Positions 9,598 to 19,541 of a stretch of DNA of 64,000 nucleotides are shown piece by piece (position 1 is the stretch's first letter; each line of letters opens with the position of its first letter). The translations under genes were made by a program, and so were the position numbers. The stretch is from Arcobacteraceae bacterium (lineage in GTDB: Bacteria; Campylobacterota; Campylobacteria; Campylobacterales; Arcobacteraceae): the NCBI GenBank assembly GCA_963676205.2, contig CAXXUS010000001.1:79725-143724 (forward strand), written 5' to 3'. The notes below the pieces were generated by a model that saw nothing but the letters and a program-made list of their open reading frames with translations, had not been told where the DNA came from and searched no databases.

Positions 9598-11551
9598 TAT
9601 ATTTTAATCTTACTTCAAAAACAGCACCGTCACCCTCATTATAAGCTAAAATAGTACCATCTTGATCATCTATGATCTTTCTTGCCACATTAAGTCCAAT
9701 ACCTATACCGCTATGCTCTTTTGTTGATACGAACGGCTCAAAGATCTTATCGATAATACTTTGCGATATTCCGCCTGCATTATCTTTAAATTTTACTACT
9801 ATCATATCTTTTACTTGGTTAAACCCTATTGTAATAACAAGCTTTCGTTTTTCATAGTCATCGATATTTACAAGTTCATCAAGTGCATTATTGATGATAA
9901 TGATCCAAACCTGCTCTATCCTTTGTCTTTGTACAAAACTTTTATATATCTCTTTATCTTTGTCTATATCTATATTAAACTCTATATCATTTAAAAATAT
10001 CTTTGATATCTGCTTTGATCTATTGAATGCCATAGTTAAAGATGTAGCCAAAGTATGGTATATATTTACATACTCCTTCTCCTCTTTTGACTTTTGAGAC
10101 ATCTCCCTCATAGATTCAATAATATTAGCTATCCTTTTAAGCCCCTCATTTATCCTTGCTGCATCCTCTTGTATCCTTGATTTTGTCTCGTTTTCAGGCA
10201 AAGTACCTATATCATAGTTCATCATCTCAAAGTTACCCATGATATATGTTAAAGGTGTATTTATCTCATGTGTTATACCTGCAGCTAACTGACCGATAGC
10301 AGTAAACTTTATATTTTTTAACTGCTCCTCTTCAAGTATCTTTGTTTGTTTTAGATTTTGTATGGTCTTAACTGCAATCTCTTGTTTTAACGAGTTTGCT
10401 AAAAGCTCTTTTTCGGTTATATCGAATATAATCCCAAGTATCCCGCTTATGTTTTTCTTATGCATAAATTTAGCTTTATGTATCTCTAAAACCCTATGAT
10501 CCATACTATCGTGGTATGTAAATTTATAACTTTGATAAGAGAGCCTGCTATCTATCATCTCTACATCTTTAGAGCTACTATAATCTGATATCTCTTTATC
10601 TGCAATATCATATATTGTTTTTCCGATGATCTCTTTTTTAGGTTTATCAAAAAAGTCGCAAAAAGCTTGGTTACAATCTATATATTTAAAATCTTTATCT
10701 TTAACAAAAACAGGTATCGGTATGGTATTTATCAGTTTATTTGTAAAACCTAGGTTGTGTCTTAATCTTGATGTTTTATCTTTTACAAGTTTTGCAAGCA
10801 GTCTATTTTGCTCATCAAACTTTAGATTGTTCTTCTCTATCATTCTAGTTACTTTTCTAGATAAAAATATAGAAACACTAATAACTATAACTACAAAAAC
10901 TATTGCCAATCCGATAAGAAAGCTATTTGTTTCTTCATACTTTTGTTTTATCTGATCTGTTCTTTTTTGGAGTTTTTTATCTATATGGGAAATATAAACA
11001 CCTGCATAGATACTCCATCCAAACGGTTTATAGTACTCTACATAAGTTAGTTTCTCTTTATTCTCTAAGGATTTGTCGTTGTTTGTAACAGATAAATACT
11101 CAATAAAAGCACTACCATCTTTTTGTGCAAGCTCATACCCCTCTTTCATATAATATTTTCCAAAAGGGTCTTTAAAATTAAAGGCATTTTGACCAATTAT
11201 ATCACTATTTTCATGACTTAGTATCAAACCTTTGTCATCAACTATATAGATAAAGGTTTGCTCGCCGAAATTTATATTTGAAACTCTATTTAAAAGTTTT
11301 GTTTTTAACTTATCTAAAGGTGTATCGTTTTGTTTTATCCTAAAATCAAATAAAGAGATAAGCTGCCCTACTTCAAGCTTTAAAAGCTCTTTTTCATGCT
11401 CTAAATATATCTGTTTGCTTTTTACCATCTCCTCATTTAAAAAATACTCTTGTTTAATAGAAGCGATGGTTGCAATAGTTGATACCAACACAAATATAAA
11501 TATGATCGGTAGATATTTTATATATGCGGCTAAACTTTTATCTATGTTCAT
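9578..11551 (-). CDS. Sensor histidine kinase (TM - Cache - TM - PAS - kinase core)
   Basis: Cache-like FIYIVDDKGLILSHENSDIIGQNAFNFKD, one PAS, H-box AAGITHEINTPLTYIMGNFEMM and G box GIGIGLNV. ATG at 11551 has GAGGTGG 6 nt upstream; the ORF-track start at 11587 lacks an RBS. Confidence 0.9.
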   Translation of the reverse strand: MNIDKSLAAYIKYLPIIFIFVLVSTIATIASIKQEYFLNEEMVKSKQIYLEHEKELLKLEVGQLISLFDFRIKQNDTPLDKLKTKLLNRVSNINFGEQTFIYIVDDKGLILSHENSDIIGQNAFNFKDPFGKYYMKEGYELAQKDGSAFIEYLSVTNNDKSLENKEKLTYVEYYKPFGWSIYAGVYISHIDKKLQKRTDQIKQKYEETNSFLIGLAIVFVVIVISVSIFLSRKVTRMIEKNNLKFDEQNRLLAKLVKDKTSRLRHNLGFTNKLINTIPIPVFVKDKDFKYIDCNQAFCDFFDKPKKEIIGKTIYDIADKEISDYSSSKDVEMIDSRLSYQSYKFTYHDSMDHRVLEIHKAKFMHKKNISGILGIIFDITEKELLANSLKQEIAVKTIQNLKQTKILEEEQLKNIKFTAIGQLAAGITHEINTPLTYIMGNFEMMNYDIGTLPENETKSRIQEDAARINEGLKRIANIIESMREMSQKSKEEKEYVNIYHTLATSLTMAFNRSKQISKIFLNDIEFNIDIDKDKEIYKSFVQRQRIEQVWIIIINNALDELVNIDDYEKRKLVITIGFNQVKDMIVVKFKDNAGGISQSIIDKIFEPFVSTKEHSGIGIGLNVARKIIDDQDGTILAYNEGDGAVFEVRLKYSGADEQ

Positions 11552-14081
11552 TGAATACCACCTCGATAACCGCTCCGTTATCATCATTGTATATTTTTAT
11601 ATCGCCCTCTTGATCATCAACTATCTTTTTAGCTACGTTCAGTCCTATACCAAGTCCGCCGTGTTTTTTTGTACCTATAAAAGGGTCAAATATATGTTCT
11701 AATATCTCCTCTTTAATACCGCCTCCGTTATCTTTTATACTTACTTTTATCTTTTCATCTATACTTTGTATATGGATATCTATTTTTCTATCCTCATAAT
11801 CTAGACCGTTATCTAGCGCATCTAAAGCATTATTTAAAAGTATTATCCAAAGCTGTTCAACCCTTTGTTTTTGTATAAATGCAGTATATGTATATTTATC
11901 TTTTTGCATACCGACACTAAAAAGTTCATCGTTAATAAACACCCTTGATATCTGTTTTGCTTTATTGTTTATAATTGTAGAAGCTATAATAAGTGTCTCA
12001 TAAACATTTGCCGCGTATTTACTCTCTTGAGTTGATTGAGATACCTCTCTCATGGTATCTATGATAGCTTCTATTCTTGCAATCCCCTCATCAACTTTTC
12101 CAAAATCTTTTAAGAATGTCTCTTTTAATTGAGACTCATCCATATCCTCAACATCATAACGCATCATCTCCATATTACCCTTGATATAGGTTAGCGGAGT
12201 ATTGATCTCATGAGTTATTCCTGCGGCTAAAGAACCAATAGAGCTTAGTCTTGCATTTTTGATCTTATCCTCAACATGCTTCTCTTGCTGTTCAATATTT
12301 TTTTGAACCTCATCTTTTACTTTTTGCTCAAGCTCTTTATTTAGGTTTTCAAGTTTTATCTTCTCCTCCAAAGAGTTTATAATAAATGCAAACGTCTTTT
12401 TATCAGGAAGAAGATCAAAGGATATATCAAGATAAACATCTTGACCATCTTTATGTCTATATACGCTTTCTATATGGGAAACCGAACCTTTTAAAACCGT
12501 ATCTCTTATAGCTTGCTCGATTTGTTTCTTATGCTTTGGATCTACTAAAGTGATAATATTCTTACCGTAAAGCTCCCTTTTTGAATAACCTAAAAATCTA
12601 CTGCAGGCATTGTTTGCTTTTATAATATTACCTGTGCTATCCATCATACCGATACCGCTGTTTGCGTTATTGATAATTGCATTGTACTCTTTAAGCTTCA
12701 AGCTTAGGTGTTCATTTAAACTATCAACTTTCTTTTTATCGCTTATATCTTCTGCAACAGCTATATAACCGATGATCTCGTGTTTATCGTATTGGGGTTC
12801 TATATTTATATAAACATAATATTTTTTACCATATTTATCTTTATTGATAAGCTCACCAGACCAGTTCTTTCCATCTACGATAGTGCTCCACAGATCTATA
12901 TAGATATCATTAGGATTTGATTCATTTTTTACTATACTATGACTTCTTCCTAGAAGCTCCTCTTTACTATAGCCTGAAACTTTACAAAAAGCTTCACTTA
13001 CGTATGTTATCTTACCGTGCACATCTGTTCTTGAAGTGATGATATGCTTATCTATTAAAGATAAAGAGTCACTAAGCTCTTTAGTTCTCTCTTTGATCTG
13101 TTTATCAAGATCTAAATTTAAATTATTTAGTTTATTGTTTATCCTTGCAAAAGGTTTTGATAATATAAATGCCAAAGTAATAGAGATGATAATCGAAACG
13201 ATCAACATGATCCTAAAAAGCTCATAATAATCGCTCTTTAGCTCCTCTACAAAATCCTCTGCATAAGATAAGATCAAAATAAACTCATTCTCATTTATTA
13301 GATTTAATCTTTTTGACATAATCTGATCATTGAAATAAACATCATTTTTAAGTATCTGTTTATAATCTTGGGGAAATTGTGTTTTGATATCTATATTGCT
13401 GTCTTTATATTTTGACCAATTGAACTTTTCATTTTTATGGAGTATAAACTTTCCATCTTTATCCACTAGATACCAGTTCTCTTTATAGGAGCTTTTTATA
13501 GATTTAAAGATAGATTTTTCAAGATCTACATCAAGAACTACATATCTATCTTCTATCTTTTTAAAGACTTTATAATAAGCGATATCTTTCTTTTCATCAT
13601 AGATAAAATCACTGATATAAAGCTCATTGTTCTTAAGTTTTTGGAGATCTTTAAAATAGGTTTTATTTTTAATATCTCTAAAACCTTGATCTTTTGAACT
13701 ATCTATCTTTCCCGATTGATCTTTAAATAGTTTTATACTATCTTGTGTATCACTTCCTATTAAAGCAAAAGAGATAAAATTATCCTCTGCTTCAAGTACC
13801 GTATAAAAAAGGCTATAAAGATCTTTTAATTTTTTATTTGCAACATATTGTTGAAAATGGTAGTTTGAGCTAAGAACATCTATTTTTAACTTTACCTCTT
13901 TTTGATAAGATGATATCTCTTCATCTTTTTCAACAAGCATCTCATAAAAAAGATCTGTCTTATATGAAAGATATCCATCCTCTATAACCTTTGTAAATAT
14001 ATAAAAAGTTACCGAGGATAAAATTAATCCAAAAAGTATAAAGCTGGTAAAAAGTTTAAATTGAAAAGTTTTAAAAAACAT
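11538..14081 (-). CDS. Sensor histidine kinase (TM - large periplasmic domain - TM - 2x PAS - kinase core)
   Basis: Two TM segments bracket a ~260-aa extracytoplasmic region. PAS (ITYVSEAFCKVSGYSKEELLGRSHSIVKN). H-box AAGITHEINTPLTYIKGNMEMM. G box GLGIGLNV. The core is paralogous to the next kinase downstream. Confidence 0.9.
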   Translation of the reverse strand: MFFKTFQFKLFTSFILFGLILSSVTFYIFTKVIEDGYLSYKTDLFYEMLVEKDEEISSYQKEVKLKIDVLSSNYHFQQYVANKKLKDLYSLFYTVLEAEDNFISFALIGSDTQDSIKLFKDQSGKIDSSKDQGFRDIKNKTYFKDLQKLKNNELYISDFIYDEKKDIAYYKVFKKIEDRYVVLDVDLEKSIFKSIKSSYKENWYLVDKDGKFILHKNEKFNWSKYKDSNIDIKTQFPQDYKQILKNDVYFNDQIMSKRLNLINENEFILILSYAEDFVEELKSDYYELFRIMLIVSIIISITLAFILSKPFARINNKLNNLNLDLDKQIKERTKELSDSLSLIDKHIITSRTDVHGKITYVSEAFCKVSGYSKEELLGRSHSIVKNESNPNDIYIDLWSTIVDGKNWSGELINKDKYGKKYYVYINIEPQYDKHEIIGYIAVAEDISDKKKVDSLNEHLSLKLKEYNAIINNANSGIGMMDSTGNIIKANNACSRFLGYSKRELYGKNIITLVDPKHKKQIEQAIRDTVLKGSVSHIESVYRHKDGQDVYLDISFDLLPDKKTFAFIINSLEEKIKLENLNKELEQKVKDEVQKNIEQQEKHVEDKIKNARLSSIGSLAAGITHEINTPLTYIKGNMEMMRYDVEDMDESQLKETFLKDFGKVDEGIARIEAIIDTMREVSQSTQESKYAANVYETLIIASTIINNKAKQISRVFINDELFSVGMQKDKYTYTAFIQKQRVEQLWIILLNNALDALDNGLDYEDRKIDIHIQSIDEKIKVSIKDNGGGIKEEILEHIFDPFIGTKKHGGLGIGLNVAKKIVDDQEGDIKIYNDDNGAVIEVVFNEHR

Positions 14082-14110
14082 AAAAGATACCGTTTTAAAT
14101 ATCTTTTATC

Positions 14111-14485
14111 TTAATCGTTTTCCAAAACTTCTATGATCTTGTTCTCCAAAGCTTGAAGAGACTCAAAAGGTTTCATAAGGTAGTGTGTAGCACCCTCCTT
14201 ATGAGATTTTAAAACCTTATCTAGTGTTGAGTAAGCTGTCATCATTACAACTTTTTGTTCAGGATTTTTTGCTATGATCTTTTCTAAAGCATCTAGTCCG
14301 TTCATTTGCGGCATCATAATATCCAAAAGAATTAGATCATAACTATCATCGATAGTATTTATAGCAGTTATCGGATTTGAAAAGGTTGTAACACTGTATT
14401 TACCGTTTCTACTTAAGAACCTATCGATCATACTTAAGATCTCATTCTCATCATCTATTACTGCTATTTTATATCTATTATCCAT
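14111..14485 (-). CDS. Single-domain response regulator (receiver only)
   Basis: 124 aa: IAVIDDENEIL, DLILLDIMMPQMNGLD, MTAYS, LMKPF. TAATG overlap with the upstream chemoreceptor gene. Confidence 0.9.
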   Translation of the reverse strand: MDNRYKIAVIDDENEILSMIDRFLSRNGKYSVTTFSNPITAINTIDDSYDLILLDIMMPQMNGLDALEKIIAKNPEQKVVMMTAYSTLDKVLKSHKEGATHYLMKPFESLQALENKIIEVLEND

Positions 14486-15894
14486 TAATCATCCTTTTTT
14501 TCAAACAAATCTTTTGCTGCTTGTTTCATTACCACTACGTTCTTCTCTTCTAGTATTTTATCTAGTATATGGAAGACGTCTTGACTTGCTTCTTCAATTT
14601 TATCAACTTTTTGCTCTATTAATGCTTTGGTACAAGTAACAGAATTGTCACCACACTCAATTGCAAGTAGATTTGCTTCATCATGCACTATAGCGTGAGG
14701 TCTATCAAGCAGGTGGTAAGACTTGGTAAAGCTAAACTCCTCTTTACCTAAACCTGTCGTATACCATTTTCCAAGACGACAATCTTTATGAGTTGCCGCT
14801 TTAAACTCATTGTCTTCACCGAATATTAATTGATATAGATTGTTTTTATAGATCACGTGGTCTAGTTTTGCAAGGTTTATAAATATCTTATTACTAATAG
14901 ATTCAACCTCATAAACACTTCTACTTGCATTTTTTTGGAACTGGGTCATTAGTTTAATAAGTACGTCAACTCTATCTTTTGTCTCTTTTACAACCTCTGC
15001 AACAACATCAGAGCTTTTTTTCATACGTGCTGTTTCACTTTGGATAGATTCAACAACCATTTTTATCTCTTTAGCAGCCTCAGCACTTCTTGAAGCTAGG
15101 TTTCTAACCTCACCTGCAACTACCGCAAAACCTTTACCAGCTTCCCCTGCAGTTGCCGCTTCAACAGCTGCATTTAATGAAAGTATATTTGTTTGAAATG
15201 ATATTTGATCTATTACTGTGATTGCATCTGCTATCTCATCACTTTTTGCAACCAGTGTTGTTACTATCTCATTTTCAGTTTCGATCTGAGAGTTTAAGTT
15301 ACTTGTATCATCAACGATATTCTTTGTAAGTGAAAGGCCGTCTTCTGAGCCTGAAGCTGTCTCTTTTGACTCTTTTGCCATAGATTTAAGCTCTTCTAAA
15401 AGCTCTAAATAAACAGCTTGTGTATTATTTAACGACATATTCATATTTTGGTTATGCTTATGTAAAAGTCCGCTGTCTTTATTATCATGGATTGATGTTT
15501 TTACTAAAGATATGATAGCTATATCGTTATCTTTTTTAATTGCAACCTTAGCTTCACAATCATCTAGAACTATTCTATCTTGATTGGTTCTAATAGCTTC
15601 AGATACGCTTGAGTAGTCTTTGATATTCTCTTTTGCTCTATCATTAGCAAAAATAACTTCTGAATTTTTACCAAAAACAACTAAACCCTCCTCTTGGGAA
15701 AATGCTGCTATTTTTTTATACATATCTAGCTCTTTTAAAGCATTATCAAGTTCACTTCTATCAAGTTGTTTTGAATTAAGCTCCTCGATCTGTTTATCTT
15801 TTTGAAAGATATTATTCTTTAAAGACTCTATCTCTTTATTTAATCTCTCGATCTCTTCATTTTGTTTATTGCAATTACCAAAAAACATACACAA
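14485..15894 (-). CDS. Soluble methyl-accepting chemotaxis protein with C-terminal CZB zinc-binding domain (TlpD-like)
   Basis: No TM segment. MCP signalling hairpin [48 protein letters not shown]-terminal DHVIYK...CRLGKW...HAIVH fits the 3His/1Cys CZB signature. Confidence 0.85.
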   Translation of the reverse strand: MCMFFGNCNKQNEEIERLNKEIESLKNNIFQKDKQIEELNSKQLDRSELDNALKELDMYKKIAAFSQEEGLVVFGKNSEVIFANDRAKENIKDYSSVSEAIRTNQDRIVLDDCEAKVAIKKDNDIAIISLVKTSIHDNKDSGLLHKHNQNMNMSLNNTQAVYLELLEELKSMAKESKETASGSEDGLSLTKNIVDDTSNLNSQIETENEIVTTLVAKSDEIADAITVIDQISFQTNILSLNAAVEAATAGEAGKGFAVVAGEVRNLASRSAEAAKEIKMVVESIQSETARMKKSSDVVAEVVKETKDRVDVLIKLMTQFQKNASRSVYEVESISNKIFINLAKLDHVIYKNNLYQLIFGEDNEFKAATHKDCRLGKWYTTGLGKEEFSFTKSYHLLDRPHAIVHDEANLLAIECGDNSVTCTKALIEQKVDKIEEASQDVFHILDKILEEKNVVVMKQAAKDLFEKKDD

Positions 15895-16072
15895 CTCTCC
15901 TGATAAATTTTTTGATTATTCTAGCATAAGTTGGTTTGTAAAAAGTTTCTTTGTGCATAGATTTCACAATTATTAAACAAATTTACAATAAAATTGCATA
16001 AGTATAATTTTTTTATTTACAAGAAAAACAAAAATATAATATTTTTTTATACTTTTAACTTTAGGAGTAATT

Positions 16073-16294
16073 ATGATAGATGCAACATTAACTATGATAC
16101 TGATCGTTAGTTTAATAGTAAGTTTCTCGGTATTAGCCGTTTTTATATGGGGAGCAAAAGAGGGTCAGTTTGATGATAGTAGAAGAATGATGGACGGTCT
16201 TTTATTTGATTCACAAGATGATCTAAACGAAGCTGTTGATAAAGAGAAGAAAAAAAATAAAATAAAAAAACCGACTAATCCAGAAAAGGAATAG
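16073..16294 (+). CDS. ccoS: cbb3-type cytochrome oxidase maturation protein CcoS/FixS
   Basis: 73 aa. Single N-terminal TM followed by FIWGAKEGQFDDSRRMMDGLLFD, the conserved CcoS motif. Confidence 0.7.
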   Translation: MIDATLTMILIVSLIVSFSVLAVFIWGAKEGQFDDSRRMMDGLLFDSQDDLNEAVDKEKKKNKIKKPTNPEKE

Positions 16295-16322
16295 CCGGTT
16301 TGAAATTAGAAAAAACTAATTA

Positions 16323-16613
16323 TTAAAGACCTTGGATATAATCACCTAGTTCTTTCATTTGAGCATCAGAAAGTCTAGCAACTTGACCTTTCATAACACC
16401 TTTCATTGGTCCACCGTAAGTTCCAGCTTTATAACCTTTTAAAGCATCAACAGTTTTAGCTGAAGCCCATCCAGCAATAACTTGTGATTTTCCTAAAGCT
16501 TTTTTCTCAGCTTTAGCACCGTGACAACCTGCACATGGTTTATATAGACTTGTTGCAGACGCAGTCATAGCAACAGCAGCACCAAGTGCTAGTCCTAGAA
16601 CAACTTTTTTCAT
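16323..16613 (-). CDS. Periplasmic class I cytochrome c (c553-type)
   Basis: Signal peptide (MKKVVLGLALGAAVAMTASA), CAGCHG haem site, distal Met region (GGPMKGVMKG). 96 aa. Confidence 0.85.
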   Translation of the reverse strand: MKKVVLGLALGAAVAMTASATSLYKPCAGCHGAKAEKKALGKSQVIAGWASAKTVDALKGYKAGTYGGPMKGVMKGQVARLSDAQMKELGDYIQGL

Positions 16614-16727
16614 TGTTTATCTCCTGTTTTAATTTTTAAAGCTCAACTCTAGCAAATATTAACTTAAACTTATGTTTATTTTCAGTAAAATTCACATAAT
16701 TTTAAATAATAGTTAAAAAGGAAAACA

Positions 16728-16943
16728 ATGCCGTTTATAAATGTAAAAGTTGCAGGAAATTTAACAATGGAGCAAAAGAGACAAATATCAGATGAGATAT
16801 CTACAACTATGTTAAATGTATGTGGAAAACCAAAGCCGTCTTGTTATATAGTATTTGATGAAGTTAGTCGTGATAACTGGGCAAAAGGGGAAGATATACT
16901 TTCAGATGTAGATAAAAAAGCGTCGGAGAATAAAGAGAAATAG
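16728..16943 (+). CDS. 4-oxalocrotonate tautomerase family protein
   Basis: MPFINVKV catalytic Pro-1 start and a ~60-aa beta-alpha-beta core. 71 aa. Confidence 0.7.
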   Translation: MPFINVKVAGNLTMEQKRQISDEISTTMLNVCGKPKPSCYIVFDEVSRDNWAKGEDILSDVDKKASENKEK

Positions 16944-17518
16944 TGAAAGTTCTAGATATAAAAGATCTCGATTTTGGTTATACCAAAGATAAACTTATCT
17001 ATAAAGATTTCAACCTTTGTTTAAATAAGGGCGAGATCAAATCTATCGTAGGTCCAAGTGGAAGCGGTAAGACCACTTTATTTGAACTAATTAGCTCAAA
17101 TATACAACCCTTAAGAGGATATATAAAAGCACAAAATATAAGCTCAATATATCAAGACCCTTACAGCTCTTTTCATCCAACCTATTCAATAATAGAGCAG
17201 ATAAAAGATACGGTAGATGATATGAGTGAACTAAAAAACTATACAAACAAACTCACGCTTGATATAGAATTATTAAATAAAAAACCTCATGAGCTTAGCG
17301 GTGGACAGCTTCAAAGATGTAGTATATTAAGGTCTCTTCTAATGAAACCTGATCTTTTACTTGCTGATGAGCCCACATCTGCTTTAGATAATGTAATAGC
17401 TTTAGAAGTTATGCAGTTATTAACTAAGTTTCTTGATAGTTTTGGAATACTTTTAATTACACACGATGAAGATCTTGCACTTTGGTGCAGTGATGAGATA
17501 ATACGCTTGAAAGGATAA
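16943..17518 (+). CDS. ABC transporter ATP-binding protein (short, no adjacent permease)
   Basis: Walker A GPSGSGKTT, signature LSGGQLQR, Walker B LLLADEPTSALD, H-loop ITHD. GTG start overlaps the tautomerase stop (TAGTG). Confidence 0.85.
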   Translation: MKVLDIKDLDFGYTKDKLIYKDFNLCLNKGEIKSIVGPSGSGKTTLFELISSNIQPLRGYIKAQNISSIYQDPYSSFHPTYSIIEQIKDTVDDMSELKNYTNKLTLDIELLNKKPHELSGGQLQRCSILRSLLMKPDLLLADEPTSALDNVIALEVMQLLTKFLDSFGILLITHDEDLALWCSDEIIRLKG

Positions 17519-17519
17519 A

Positions 17520-18443
17520 ATGAAAGCATTAGTTTTAATGAACATGGGTGGAGCAAGAAACAAAGAGGAGCTAGAGATGTTCTTGCGAAATATGTTCAAC
17601 GATAAGAACATATTAACTATAAAAAGTGATTTTTTTAGATCACTTATAGCTTCTATGATAGTTTACAGTAGACTAAACTCTGCTTGGGAAAACTATGAAG
17701 AGATAGGTGGGGAGTCACCTATATATAAACTAACAGATAAACTTATAGCAAAACTTCAAGAAAAACTTGGAGATGAATATTTCGTAACACAAGCTATGAG
17801 ATATACTCCGCCTTTGGCAAAAAGAACTGTGCTAGAGCTTGAGCAAAGAAATATAGATGAAGTTATACTGTTTCCACTCTATCCACAATACTCTACAACT
17901 ACTACTAAATCGTCATTAGAAGATTTTGAAGAGGCTGCGATACATAAATTTAATACAAAAACAATAGAGCCTTTTTATAAAAATAAAAACTATAACGATC
18001 TTATAATTGATGATATATTAAAAACAATAAATAGTGAAGATACAAAAGATTATAACCTTATATTCTCAGCTCATGGACTTCCACAAAAAGTGGTTGATAA
18101 AGGTGATCCTTACCAAAAGCAGTTGGAGGAGCAACTTATAATCTTAAAAGATATGTTAAAGGAAAGATCATTAGAGTTTGCATCTATAAATCTTGCATAC
18201 CAATCAAAGGTTGGTCCTATGAAATGGCTAGAGCCATCTTTAGATAATGAGCTTAAAAAATATAAAGATCAAAATGTTATCATCTACCCAATTTCATTTA
18301 TAATAGATAACAGCGAAACAGACTTTGAACTTAAGATCGAATATAAAGAGATAGCTGATGAGATTGGGATAAAAAACTATAAGGTTTGTGATTGTTTAAA
18401 CGATAATGATAAGTTCGTAGATACAATTATTTCATTAATTTAG
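17520..18443 (+). CDS. hemH: Ferrochelatase
   Basis: ALVLMNMGGA, LYPQYS, FSAHGLP and conserved C-terminal blocks. 307 aa. Confidence 0.9.
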   Translation: MKALVLMNMGGARNKEELEMFLRNMFNDKNILTIKSDFFRSLIASMIVYSRLNSAWENYEEIGGESPIYKLTDKLIAKLQEKLGDEYFVTQAMRYTPPLAKRTVLELEQRNIDEVILFPLYPQYSTTTTKSSLEDFEEAAIHKFNTKTIEPFYKNKNYNDLIIDDILKTINSEDTKDYNLIFSAHGLPQKVVDKGDPYQKQLEEQLIILKDMLKERSLEFASINLAYQSKVGPMKWLEPSLDNELKKYKDQNVIIYPISFIIDNSETDFELKIEYKEIADEIGIKNYKVCDCLNDNDKFVDTIISLI

Positions 18444-18491
18444 CTCTTTTTAGATATCATATTTGTTCATTAAATTTAAAGGTTAAACTTT

Positions 18492-19541
18492 TTGGAATGG
18501 TTAGGTATCGATTACCGTGATCCGATCTTCGGACTCATGGTTCTATTTTCAATCATCTTTGCAGCATCCTTTCTTACACACACTTTCAATCTTTATAAAG
18601 AGAGAAAGTCTAGACGTGAGTATAGAAAACTGCTAGATAGATTTAATCTAGGAACTCTAAAAGAGGATGACTATGTTCATCTTTATACCACCTATAACCT
18701 TCCTTTTGACTCGATCATACTTTTAGCTTCAACCTTTTTGCATAAGGGTAACTACAATAAAGCTATCTCGGTTTATCTAGCTCTTTTGGAACACGTAACC
18801 GATAATGTTAAAAAAGAGGAGCTTTTGGAACTTTTGGGAACCACATATTTTAAAGGTGGTTTTTTACAACGTGCAAAAGATATATTTTTAAAGATATTAA
18901 AGTTCTCACCAAGAAATAAAAAAGCGCTTCACCACCTATTGATAATCTATGAGAAACTAAAAGATTATGATAAGGCTGAAGAGGTATTGGAATCTTTAAA
19001 CGAAGTGCAAGTTGATATATTTAGGGATAAATTTTATATAAGTACCCTAAAGATTATTGCAAACCCAACCATGAGCTTTGATAAAAAATCAACCTCTTTA
19101 ATGGCACTATTTAAGATGAACAAGATCACAGAAAGACTTGTAGTAAAGTTTTTGATACAGTTCAATAAACCTATGTTTTGGGAAAATATAGATAAGTTTA
19201 ACCCTATAAAAATAATCGATCTACTATGGTATTTAGATTTTAATGATATAGATTTTGATAAAGTAGCACAAAACAATATCTTACAAGAGATATATACCGC
19301 TAAAGGATATATAGATTTAGCAAAAGATAGCAATATATTTGAACTATCGGTACTGATCACTCTGCACCATGAAAAATCAAAGATCAAAGCTGATCTAAAC
19401 TATGAATATCTTTGTACAAAATGTAAAAAGGTTCACCCGATATATGAGAGCAGATGTCCCCATTGCCACTCTATTTTATCCTTTAAGGTTGAGCCTATGT
19501 TAGCAAGAAAGTTTTATGAAGCAGATCAATCTTTACAGTGA
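18492..19541 (+). CDS. LapB/YciM-like TPR protein with N-terminal TM anchor and C-terminal rubredoxin-type zinc finger
   Basis: TM (LMVLFSIIFAASFL), several TPR-like repeats, C-terminal CTKCKK...CPHCHS. TTG start. Confidence 0.65.
   Translation: MEWLGIDYRDPIFGLMVLFSIIFAASFLTHTFNLYKERKSRREYRKLLDRFNLGTLKEDDYVHLYTTYNLPFDSIILLASTFLHKGNYNKAISVYLALLEHVTDNVKKEELLELLGTTYFKGGFLQRAKDIFLKILKFSPRNKKALHHLLIIYEKLKDYDKAEEVLESLNEVQVDIFRDKFYISTLKIIANPTMSFDKKSTSLMALFKMNKITERLVVKFLIQFNKPMFWENIDKFNPIKIIDLLWYLDFNDIDFDKVAQNNILQEIYTAKGYIDLAKDSNIFELSVLITLHHEKSKIKADLNYEYLCTKCKKVHPIYESRCPHCHSILSFKVEPMLARKFYEADQSLQ

Noticed and set aside
15895-16072. TTTACA-16-TATAAT match (15982-16009) upstream of ccoS as a promoter call.
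   Set aside because: Plausible, but such A/T hexamers are abundant in this intergenic region and I cannot discriminate among several equally good matches, so it is not reported as a feature.
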